Virus record (IMG/VR): IMGVR_UViG_3300005804_000108
Span: 1-52,261 of that record
DNA: 52,261 nt
Direction: 5' to 3' (one strand)
From: a virus
Lineage: Duplodnaviria; Caudoviricetes
The first letter of the stretch is position 1, and each line of letters opens with the position of its first letter. This document shows positions 35,547 through 43,041 of this stretch, piece by piece. The notes under the pieces are model-generated. The model saw only the letters and a program-made list of their open reading frames with translations, was not told where the DNA came from and made no database searches. Made by a program: the position numbers and the translations under genes.

Positions 35547-37115
35547 TCATTCTTCGAAGTCGACCAGCCTGATTCCGTGGTACATGATGACGCCGTCCGA
35601 TTTGTTTTTGTCGAATTTCTGGCTCAACTGCTTACCGAACCAGGCGCCCGTCGGTTCTTTCTGGCCGTGGTTGTCGTGATACCAGGTCACAAAACGATTA
35701 TACAAAGCGGATCCCCGTTCCTTGGCCAATGGTTCTTTGATGCAGCATTCATCAACGAAATCGCCGATCATGTCTTCATTTTCCCGGTACTTAGCCGTCG
35801 CCTCTGTGACGATGGTCGGCGGTTTGATGCCGTGTTTCTGCCAGAGCAAACACCCACCAACAAGCCATCCGAGTATCCTGGAGTTTTCGGCTGCAAGTTC
35901 CTGGCGGAGATTCAGGTTTGCCCGGCGCTCATGGGGCTCGCGCGGATCCCGGTTGACATAGCTGATGTTATGCGGGATCAGGTGAACACGCTCCCAGAAT
36001 GAACGGTCTCCGGCTGGAGCCTGCGGCTGATAGTTTGATTCCAGGAAAATGGTATGGGTGGATCTGAAACTGATCGGGCGTTTATCATTCGGCCAGCGGC
36101 CGGTGAGCTCATTATTACCCGTAAACCACTTGACCTTTGCGGCGCTGAAACGCTGGTTTTCGTCTGTCTCTGCAGCGAACGCCAGGCGCAATCCCTTCAG
36201 GGTCATGATGTCCGGACTGGGCCCGGATGCTGATTTTGCAAACTTCTGGCTTAAAAGCATTTCGGATGGGATCGGGCCGGCCATGGCACCGAGAATTTCG
36301 GCAACCTTCTCGATGAAAAGCGATCGGCCGTTCCAGCCGTTCTTTCCGTAGAAGATGGGGAAGATCTTTTCATGTGAAAAACCTGTCATGGCGTAGCCGG
36401 CCAGGCGCTGGAGATACTCGACGATCGATCTATCATCATCCGGTCCGTCGCAATTATGAATTTCACAAAGCGATCGCACCCATAATTCAGGAAGGTCATC
36501 GATGCCGCGATATTCGATCGGGCTGGCCGCGCTCAGATAATCACCAGGCCGCCCGGGATAAAGCTTCCCTGTCTCCAGATCAATTACGCCGTTGGCGCAC
36601 GGAAACAGCATCGGCTTCTGGTCGAATTCGGTTCCGGAAATAGCCAGAGGGTTTTTAATAGTGTGGACAAACTTTAAACATTGATCGCGCCGGTTTGATC
36701 CGCGCAGCTGACGGGCGCGCTCCGTCAGCTTTTCACATTTTTTCTGGAGCTTCGTTATTTCATTTTTTTCATCGCCCAGCTTGACCAGCTCTGCAATCTT
36801 CTCTGACGTCTTTTTATATTCATCGATATATTTCTGCGCGACGTCGTCGACGGCGATGGCCGATTCATCCATGACATCCAGGCCCCAGTGATGCTCATCC
36901 CAGACGTACCACTCCTTTTGACCTTTGCTATAAACAAATTTATCCCGGAATAATTCAGCATAAAGGGATGCATCACCCTTGGCATTTTCATAGAGACACG
37001 TATCGATGAACTTGCTGTTGATTTTCTCTTCAGCCGTCGTCTCTGTGGCCGCTTTTTCCTGCGCGACTCGATCCTGAACTTCCTTGACAATGTCTTCGTT
37101 GTTATCTACCATCAA
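35547..37115 (-). CDS. P4/D5-family SF3 helicase (phage/plasmid primase family)
   Basis: WYVWDEHHW, NGVIDLETG, GWNGRS P-loop, LKGLRLAFAAET, FWERVHLIP, C-terminal wHTH. Confidence 0.88.
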   Translation of the reverse strand: MMVDNNEDIVKEVQDRVAQEKAATETTAEEKINSKFIDTCLYENAKGDASLYAELFRDKFVYSKGQKEWYVWDEHHWGLDVMDESAIAVDDVAQKYIDEYKKTSEKIAELVKLGDEKNEITKLQKKCEKLTERARQLRGSNRRDQCLKFVHTIKNPLAISGTEFDQKPMLFPCANGVIDLETGKLYPGRPGDYLSAASPIEYRGIDDLPELWVRSLCEIHNCDGPDDDRSIVEYLQRLAGYAMTGFSHEKIFPIFYGKNGWNGRSLFIEKVAEILGAMAGPIPSEMLLSQKFAKSASGPSPDIMTLKGLRLAFAAETDENQRFSAAKVKWFTGNNELTGRWPNDKRPISFRSTHTIFLESNYQPQAPAGDRSFWERVHLIPHNISYVNRDPREPHERRANLNLRQELAAENSRILGWLVGGCLLWQKHGIKPPTIVTEATAKYRENEDMIGDFVDECCIKEPLAKERGSALYNRFVTWYHDNHGQKEPTGAWFGKQLSQKFDKNKSDGVIMYHGIRLVDFEE

Positions 37116-37149
37116 TTAAACCGTTTTCCCAAATTCCCTTCTCATTTCA

Positions 37150-37216
37150 ATTTTATATGGAGCCGATGGCCGTGGTTTGAATTACCCGTGTCAGCAAGGT
37201 CTGGAGAAGGACCCAC
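37150..37216 (-). other. Candidate cos/packaging-initiation region of prophage 1
   Basis: Minus strand GGGTCCTTC...ACGGGTAATTCAAACC, just downstream of the Z-like gene; resembles the motif recalled ahead of terS in gpA-terminase prophages. Confidence 0.35.
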
Positions 37217-37361
37217 AGCATTGATCATGGTGCTAATCATACCGACCATCGCCAGGGACACTTGATTTGAATTCCCTCTTGTGGGGTGCGGGGAGGCCGG
37301 ACAAACGCAGTTATTCCCAGCAAACCAGAAGGTCAGGGGCATCCGTGACACTGCCTGCGGT

Positions 37362-38147
37362 TTACTTTGCTGTCTTGATTGCATCATCCATGGCCTCATT
37401 GAAGTTGTTGCAAAGATTGCGATCGATTACTTTTTGCGCTGTTTCGTAAAATGGGAATCTCTTTTGATACGATGGTTCTTTGACGAACATCATAATCGGC
37501 TTTATGGCGCTTCCGGCAGCGAATCCAACTCGTTTATAGATACCAGGTCGAAGATGCTGCTTTCGTCCGAACCATTCACCCTTTCCCTTTGACACAAAGT
37601 ATTCATACCCGAGCTTTTTCTTAGATCCACGTTTCAACGATGCCTTGCGTTGGTCTGTGATGTTTGCCCGATATCCCTGTTCACCGAACGCTCTGAAGTA
37701 TGAAAGGATTTGAACGATGAAACTTCCAGGGATATTCCCGTACGCGTCCAGCTGGCATGCCTCACCAGGCGCAACATACATACCTGCAGGCAATACACCG
37801 ATGCGTCTCAGCGCCGATTCGAACCGCTTCAAGTTGCGCTTTCCGCCTTCTACCTGTGGCTGAATATAGTTGGCAGCTGGATTACCTTTACCAACTCCGG
37901 ATCGATCCTTGAAGTATACCATCGATGTCAGATCCTTTTTTGTCGCTGGTTTTACATATAGGCTGTTCTGTGTGTAAGGAGTAGGACGATCAAGATAGGA
38001 TGGCATTTGTTTTATCTCTGCCTCTTTGACATCCTGGGCTGTTTTGGTGAGCGCCTTGGCCAGTGCAAACGGCATCTGGTTTTTTTCCAGGTCCGTCATC
38101 ATTGATTGCAGTTCTTTCAAGCCTTTGAATTCGATCTTGATATCCAT
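37362..38147 (-). CDS. Minor tail protein Z-like
   Basis: QMPFALAKALTKTAQ, LDRPTPYT, LDAYGNI, RFPFYE. Confidence 0.7.
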   Translation of the reverse strand: MDIKIEFKGLKELQSMMTDLEKNQMPFALAKALTKTAQDVKEAEIKQMPSYLDRPTPYTQNSLYVKPATKKDLTSMVYFKDRSGVGKGNPAANYIQPQVEGGKRNLKRFESALRRIGVLPAGMYVAPGEACQLDAYGNIPGSFIVQILSYFRAFGEQGYRANITDQRKASLKRGSKKKLGYEYFVSKGKGEWFGRKQHLRPGIYKRVGFAAGSAIKPIMMFVKEPSYQKRFPFYETAQKVIDRNLCNNFNEAMDDAIKTAK

Positions 38148-38272
38148 ACCGGTCCAGCCTCTGATATTCGAATTTGAAAAAGTCGCTCCACAGGGCATCC
38201 TCGCAAGGTGGATTTACCTGTGGCGCCGGCGTCCGATTGCCGTGTCCGGACGCCGGCTATGGCAGCAGCACA

Positions 38273-38845
38273 TCAAGAAAGTATTTCTATCGCCTGGCTA
38301 ACCTTCCCCAGACGGTACGTGAGGTACGCCTGTTCTGCAACCAGCAGATCCAGGGCGGTTTCCTCTTTATCCTCTTTCAGTTTTTGGGCTGCTTTAATGA
38401 TTTGGCGGCGTTTTTCGTGATCTTTCTTGACCTCAACCGGGAGAGATTCTGCTTTTGAGCGGGCCAATGGCTTTTTGATTTTCTTCAGGGCTTCCTTCAA
38501 CTGGTGTTTTGGCCGTGGTTCGGAAAGACGTATTTTTACGGCGGCCAGAGCAGATGCATATTCAGGCGATTCCGGGGTAAGGTCCTTCACGGCTGCTTTG
38601 CATGTGCAGCAATGGCCGTCTTTACTCGCGATGAAAAGATTGTCGCGCTCGCAATTGATGCATTTACCGCGATTCCCCGCTTTTGTTTTTTCGATCTCAG
38701 CCATTCGTTCTCTCCCTATTGTTTCTTTGATGATTATTGGTTGCGCACCGTTAACCGGCCAATCCTTTCCGCACATCATGCAATGATATTGACCATCCTG
38801 GATATGGACTGGTCTTGATCCGCATTTTGGGCAGCGTGGAGTCAC
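38273..38845 (-). CDS. Zinc-finger hypothetical protein
   Basis: CPKC/CMMC and CINC/CCTC motifs. Confidence 0.6.
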   Translation of the reverse strand: MTPRCPKCGSRPVHIQDGQYHCMMCGKDWPVNGAQPIIIKETIGRERMAEIEKTKAGNRGKCINCERDNLFIASKDGHCCTCKAAVKDLTPESPEYASALAAVKIRLSEPRPKHQLKEALKKIKKPLARSKAESLPVEVKKDHEKRRQIIKAAQKLKEDKEETALDLLVAEQAYLTYRLGKVSQAIEILS

Positions 38846-39045
38846 TTACAAAACCCATGCTCGACGGGGCAGTAACCCTGATCAGACAAGCTTTCTGTTA
38901 CGAGATATTGAGCTGCTTCTTCTTTCGATGAAAATCTTTTTGCCATCCATGGGTCAGTTGTCGTTGTGTACTGTTCTTTATGAATATAAACGGGCAATCC
39001 GCTTTCAGTATTTTCCAACAGCCAATGATATTCAATATCTCTCAT
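38842..39045 (-). CDS. Hypothetical protein
   Basis: SD and GTGA overlap. Confidence 0.5.
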   Translation of the reverse strand: MRDIEYHWLLENTESGLPVYIHKEQYTTTTDPWMAKRFSSKEEAAQYLVTESLSDQGYCPVEHGFCK

Positions 39046-39055
39046 AAGTCCCCCT

Positions 39056-39505
39056 TTATGGTTCCTGCTGATATGTATTTTCTACTCTCTTGACGTCGAT
39101 AGCATCGATCAGTGCGCCGACGTTATCGAACCAGGTGACCATGCGGCGCATGAGGCCGATCTGTTCACCCTTGGCGATCAGTCCGAAGATCGTGACACCG
39201 GCGCCATAGGCCGCGCCGATCTCTGCCCAGGCATCGCATCCGGACGGGCCGATGTAGATAACCAGGTCGGAATTCATGGCGCTTTCAGTGTCATAATTAA
39301 ATTTATCCTCTCTGCCTTTAGAATCGATCCATTTGACGACATCGAACTTCAATCCAGCACGTCCTTCATCGATAACAGCCATCTCAACGAAGCTGGCCAC
39401 CTTGTGGCCGGACTGCCGAAGGATTGCCGTCAGCATTTCGACAGCGTGCTGGTTTTTCCAGGATGATGCGATGTAGATGCTTAAACCGTTCATGATTTCC
39501 TCCAA
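39056..39505 (-). CDS. Nucleoside 2-deoxyribosyltransferase-like protein
   Basis: IYIASSWKN...SDLVIYIGPSGCDAWAEIGAAYGAG. Confidence 0.65.
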   Translation of the reverse strand: MEEIMNGLSIYIASSWKNQHAVEMLTAILRQSGHKVASFVEMAVIDEGRAGLKFDVVKWIDSKGREDKFNYDTESAMNSDLVIYIGPSGCDAWAEIGAAYGAGVTIFGLIAKGEQIGLMRRMVTWFDNVGALIDAIDVKRVENTYQQEP

Positions 39506-40365
39506 GGTAATTCATCGTGAGTCCTTCCATCCAGAAGGCGTCCGGCTTTTTTGCGTCCGATTTTCTTTATGTAACTCCCGCATTCAGGATCAAATTCAAG
39601 CCAATAATGACCGTTTGTATGATTGACGAATCCCTCTACTTTTTGACATCTTGCCGGTGCCCATTCACCCCACTGTTTAAAAAAGAACGGCACACCAGCC
39701 GCAGCGCATTGATCGCGGTCGGATCTGAAAATATTAGGATGTGACGGCCTTGCGCCTGATCCGGTTTCGCCGCCAGAAATAAGGCAATCAACAAGGCATA
39801 AACATTCGCCGTAAGAGATTCTTTCTAGTGCTGGTTCATGACTGACAAATTTTTTTCCAGGAACTTGCAGAAAAATATCTTTGTTTTTATCCCATTCTTG
39901 TTGATTGCAGACGGTCAGGCCGAAATAGATGTGCTTCGGCGATATCATTTCTTCTGCCGGATCGCCTCTTCGTGCGCTATTAAAGCGGTTTAATAAGACC
40001 TGCGGCCTTTTTGTCAGCAATAAATATGTATGATAAATATTAATCATCATTGCTTTTGCGGCAGATGAATAGAAGTCATCCGAAACACTTTCACGAAAAA
40101 GGTCATGCCGAACCGCAAACACGGTCGGCTTTTTCTTGTTGAACCGGGAAAGGCGGTCAGAGTGAGTTATAATATTGCCATTAAATTGTCCTATCTTCGG
40201 CCATTCTGTGTTGGTCAATTTACCTTCTAAAAATCTTTTGCGACTGTAAAATCTGTGTCTCTGTGCCGCGCTCCAACAATGAGCACAGCCCGGAGAGCAA
40301 GGAGCGCAGCCGTCTACGAGCGTGATTCCTTCATCCCAGTATCTGCCTTTTTCGATGTTGATCAT
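39490..40365 (-). CDS. DUF5131 / Gp37Gp68-family protein
   Basis: GCAPCSPGCAHCW, DLF, LLTKRP, SHEPAL, GGETG..ARP, FFFKQWGEW, GRLLDGR. Confidence 0.85.
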   Translation of the reverse strand: MINIEKGRYWDEGITLVDGCAPCSPGCAHCWSAAQRHRFYSRKRFLEGKLTNTEWPKIGQFNGNIITHSDRLSRFNKKKPTVFAVRHDLFRESVSDDFYSSAAKAMMINIYHTYLLLTKRPQVLLNRFNSARRGDPAEEMISPKHIYFGLTVCNQQEWDKNKDIFLQVPGKKFVSHEPALERISYGECLCLVDCLISGGETGSGARPSHPNIFRSDRDQCAAAGVPFFFKQWGEWAPARCQKVEGFVNHTNGHYWLEFDPECGSYIKKIGRKKAGRLLDGRTHDELPWRKS

Positions 40366-40514
40366 TGCTGCCACCAAAATATAACATTTTGCATTGTCCG
40401 GAGGACGTCCTGGATCTCAGGGCGGTGTGACACCCACAAAAACGGAGCAATCGGGATGAAAAAAGCTAATGCCAGGCATGATATTCGAAGCGTTTCATGA
40501 TATAGTTTTTTCAT
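40362..40514 (-). CDS. Small membrane protein (50 aa), first gene inside the right att
   Basis: MKKLYHETLRISCLALAFFIPIAPFLWV...; ATGA overlap with DUF5131. Confidence 0.5.
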   Translation of the reverse strand: MKKLYHETLRISCLALAFFIPIAPFLWVSHRPEIQDVLRTMQNVIFWWQQ

Positions 40515-40608
40515 TCGTCCCCCGCGGATAAAAATAGACACGTTGGCCCAGGGCCAAAAATAAGTGATTTAATTTTAATGATTTAGAATGCTTAAAAAAG
40601 GGACACTA

Positions 40609-40654
40609 ATTCGTAATCAGTAGGTCACCAGTTCAAATCTGGTCATCGGCTCCA
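40609..40654 (+). repeat. att site copy 1: 3' half of tRNA-Thr(CGT)
   Basis: ATTCGTAATCAGTAGGTCACCAGTTCAAATCTGGTCATCGGCTCCA: CGT anticodon loop, T-arm, acceptor strand, CCA; no 5' half upstream. Confidence 0.92.
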
Positions 40655-40657
40655 TAA

Positions 40658-40718
40658 AATCAAGTAGTTACATGATTCGTCTTTTTTTGCATGATCTTCA
40701 TGTAGCCTTTATGTAGCC
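40658..40718 (+). promoter_or_regulatory. IHF site and integrase arm-type sites (satellite left end)
   Basis: AATCAAGTAGTTA matches WATCAANNNNTTR; ATGTAGCC at 40700 and 40711. Confidence 0.65.
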
Positions 40719-40866
40719 ATAAAAATGGTAAATGTTGCGTGAAATTGTTTATTAAATAAAACCCCACAGCCGATATGGTTATACAGAGATTGCAACTTGA
40801 CTTTTAGTCAAAGATTGGTTTATTAGTAACAAGGAGCGACGAAAGCCATTTGAGGAGGCCGGAGTC

Positions 40867-41445
40867 ATGAGTCAGATAGAATCAAAAAAAATCATTCAAT
40901 CAATTTGTTATATACTTAGAGGAATTAAAAGGGCCAATAAATTAAAGCTCGTTAAATTACTTTATCTCTCAGACAAATACCATATCATAAATTATGGTCG
41001 TACGGTAACTGGAGACGAATATTGGGCAATGGATTATGGTCCTGTTGGTTCTACGGCGAAAGATATTCTTAGTATGGATAAAGATTTTTTATCCATAGAA
41101 TATGAAGAAGCATCTAAATTTCTGAAGAAAAAAGGAGACCATGATTTCGTAATAGGTGAAACTTGCTCTGATGACGATTTGGACTTGCTATCTGATACAG
41201 ACAAAGAGGCAATTGACTTTGTACTAAAAAAATTTGGGGAATTTTCTTCGGGTGATCTCATTAACTATACACATAAATATCCTGAATGGGCTCAATATGA
41301 AGAAATTTTCAAAAACAAACTCAGTAAACGGCAACGTATTGGCACAGAGGAACTTCTGTCTCTCCTTGAAGATGATATTATAAAAATACCAGATAACAAT
41401 AAAATAGCAGAATCAAAAGAAATACACACAGGGATGTTTTCTTAA
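40867..41445 (+). CDS. Panacea-domain (DUF4065/SocA-like) antitoxin
   Basis: KLKLVKLLYLSD...YGRTVTGDEYWAMDYGPV...LINYTHKYPEW. Confidence 0.85.
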   Translation: MSQIESKKIIQSICYILRGIKRANKLKLVKLLYLSDKYHIINYGRTVTGDEYWAMDYGPVGSTAKDILSMDKDFLSIEYEEASKFLKKKGDHDFVIGETCSDDDLDLLSDTDKEAIDFVLKKFGEFSSGDLINYTHKYPEWAQYEEIFKNKLSKRQRIGTEELLSLLEDDIIKIPDNNKIAESKEIHTGMFS

Positions 41446-41448
41446 TAA

Positions 41449-41904
41449 ATGGATCTTCCGCCTAGTTTAATCCTTGGCTCCATTAGTGATTTTTGTGTTC
41501 TCTTTTTTAAGGACAAAAATCATGACAAAGATGCTCCGCCCCATTTTCATATAGTTTTTCCAGTTAGTGATGACGCAGGTTTGATTGTCACAATCATCAC
41601 AAGCCAGATTGATAAAAGAAGAAAATATTATAGCGATAAAGAAGCAGCACTACATTCACTTGTTGGCATAAACAATGACGTTTTTGAGTTCCTGAAACAA
41701 AAAAGTATTATTGATTGCAATCATGCTGAATTATTAACCAAATCTGAATTGATTAATAGGATTGATCGCAGTCATGAGTGGCATATTAAATCCCGTAAAA
41801 TACCATTATTTTTAAAAAGAGAAGTCTGCGCAGCAATCAAAGGAAGTCCATTAATTTCGCCATATGTTAAAAAATTAGTAAAAGAAGTTCTCAAGTCATT
41901 ATAG
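41449..41904 (+). CDS. Putative toxin, PemK/MazF-like fold
   Basis: PHFHIV, IITSQ, FLKQKSIIDCN; 3 bp after the antitoxin. Confidence 0.55.
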   Translation: MDLPPSLILGSISDFCVLFFKDKNHDKDAPPHFHIVFPVSDDAGLIVTIITSQIDKRRKYYSDKEAALHSLVGINNDVFEFLKQKSIIDCNHAELLTKSELINRIDRSHEWHIKSRKIPLFLKREVCAAIKGSPLISPYVKKLVKEVLKSL

Positions 41905-41943
41905 AAATTATTGATTATAATTAAGTTTGCTTGCGTCGATTCA

Positions 41944-41971
41944 GAAAAAGGCGGGCAAACCCCGCCTTTTT
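41944..41971. terminator. Bidirectional terminator
   Basis: AAAAAGGCGGG-CAAAC-CCCGCCTTTTT between convergent genes. Confidence 0.8.
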
Positions 41972-41993
41972 CGTTTCAATCCGAAACATGGTT

Positions 41994-42272
41994 TTATGCC
42001 GTCGTTGACTGCTTCTCTTCGCCGATTAATGATTCTAGGTCTTCAGTTATGTCTCGATTCCATTCTATGACCTCGCTCAAAAGTGTTTTTACGCCTAAAT
42101 AAAGCATGGCGGGATCTTCCGGATCATTATAACCATCGCATCCCGGTGGGACGGCGAAAAGTTCCAGAAGGATGCCCAATTTATAACGGCTCATATCAAG
42201 CTTTTCATATATGACAGACATACGTGTTGGCATATCTTTAATCGTTTCTGTTATATTATTTCCCCCGCTCAT
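41994..42272 (-). CDS. Hypothetical protein
   Basis: GGAGG SD; ATGA overlap. Confidence 0.6.
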   Translation of the reverse strand: MSGGNNITETIKDMPTRMSVIYEKLDMSRYKLGILLELFAVPPGCDGYNDPEDPAMLYLGVKTLLSEVIEWNRDITEDLESLIGEEKQSTTA

Positions 42273-42685
42273 GCCGTCACCTCCGGATTATTGTTTTGTT
42301 CCTTCTGCCATTTCTTAAATTCATCGGAAATTAAATCATCGGCTGTGAAGGTTTTCGTTTTTTGAGGCGGCTTATAAAGACCGCCCTTTAAAACAGTCAG
42401 TCGTTCAATTCTTTTACGGGATGAATTGACAATGGCTTTTGCCCTTTTGGTTTTCTCAGCTTGAAATATATCGTGAATTTCTTGAATTTTATTTCTTGCC
42501 TCTTTGCTTCTACAAATTGCCATATTAACATCAGATTTTATTTCTTCCGGCGTCCACTCTTTATCTGCATTTCTCTTGATACTACTCAGCATAATAAATA
42601 TATCTGTGTCTAAATTTTCTAAAATTCCACCAACCTGTTCATATAAAGCTTGTTGATTAATAAAAACATCAGATTTTGTTCCCAT
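42269..42685 (-). CDS. Hypothetical helical protein downstream of C4-like RNA
   Basis: GGAGG SD; helical composition. Confidence 0.6.
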   Translation of the reverse strand: MGTKSDVFINQQALYEQVGGILENLDTDIFIMLSSIKRNADKEWTPEEIKSDVNMAICRSKEARNKIQEIHDIFQAEKTKRAKAIVNSSRKRIERLTVLKGGLYKPPQKTKTFTADDLISDEFKKWQKEQNNNPEVTA

Positions 42686-42713
42686 AATTTCTTCGCCTCC
42701 ATAAACAAAAAGA

Positions 42714-42776
42714 GGTCATGGAACGCTTACGCTCAAATAAAGCGCCCGGCCCTTACGGGTTACGGATTCCATGACC
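42714..42776 (-). ncRNA. C4-like antisense RNA
   Basis: 10-bp closing stem GGTCATGGAA/TTCCATGACC, inner CCC-GTAA-GGG and GCGCT/AGCGT hairpins; segments complementary to upstream leader 42824-42844. Confidence 0.55.
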
Positions 42777-42847
42777 AGATTTAAGTTTACGCCACAAACA
42801 AAAATAGCCACTATCGGGTGACCTCCGTATTAGATTTAAGCATACTC

Positions 42848-42875
42848 AGAATAATCTTTTTATCCAGGAATGCAA
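42848..42875 (-). promoter_or_regulatory. Sigma70-like promoter for the C4-like leader
   Basis: TTGCAT-N16-TATTCT. Confidence 0.45.
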
Positions 42876-42994
42876 GTATTTTTTGTTTGACAAAACCCTC
42901 GGTCGAAGAGTAACTTGTGTAAAATGAAATCCATAAGCAATTGAAACTCCATGTTTAACTTAATTATCCTAGCTTTTTGCTTTGCCCCGCCCTT

Positions 42995-43022
42995 TGGCCC
43001 GCCGATGAACGGCGGGCTTTTT
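42995..43022 (+). terminator. Rho-independent terminator
   Basis: GCCCGCCG-ATGAA-CGGCGGGC-TTTTT. Confidence 0.7.
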
Positions 43023-43041
43023 ACAATCTTAGAAAAGATAT

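Larger units (their letters stand above)
1..40654. mobile_element. Temperate prophage 1 (lambda-like head, non-contractile tail); left att not in window
   Basis: Integrase, immunity, tail, lysis, head, terminase and replication modules are all present. It ends at a tRNA-derived att copy (40609-40654). The left att is expected just before base 1, by analogy with the att-integrase spacing at 51124-51188. Confidence 0.93.

Noticed and set aside
37156-37171. Inverted 13-bp match to the att 3' end (CATCGGCTCCATA), and a 12-bp inverted match at 42771-42782
   Set aside because: Too short, lacks the anticodon-loop region, and is compatible with chance; no evidence of an invertible segment
40560-40654. 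Intact tRNA-Thr gene (also at 51030-51124)
   Set aside because: Only the anticodon loop to CCA is present; there is no GCCGATG acceptor 5' strand or D-arm upstream of either copy, so these are att fragments
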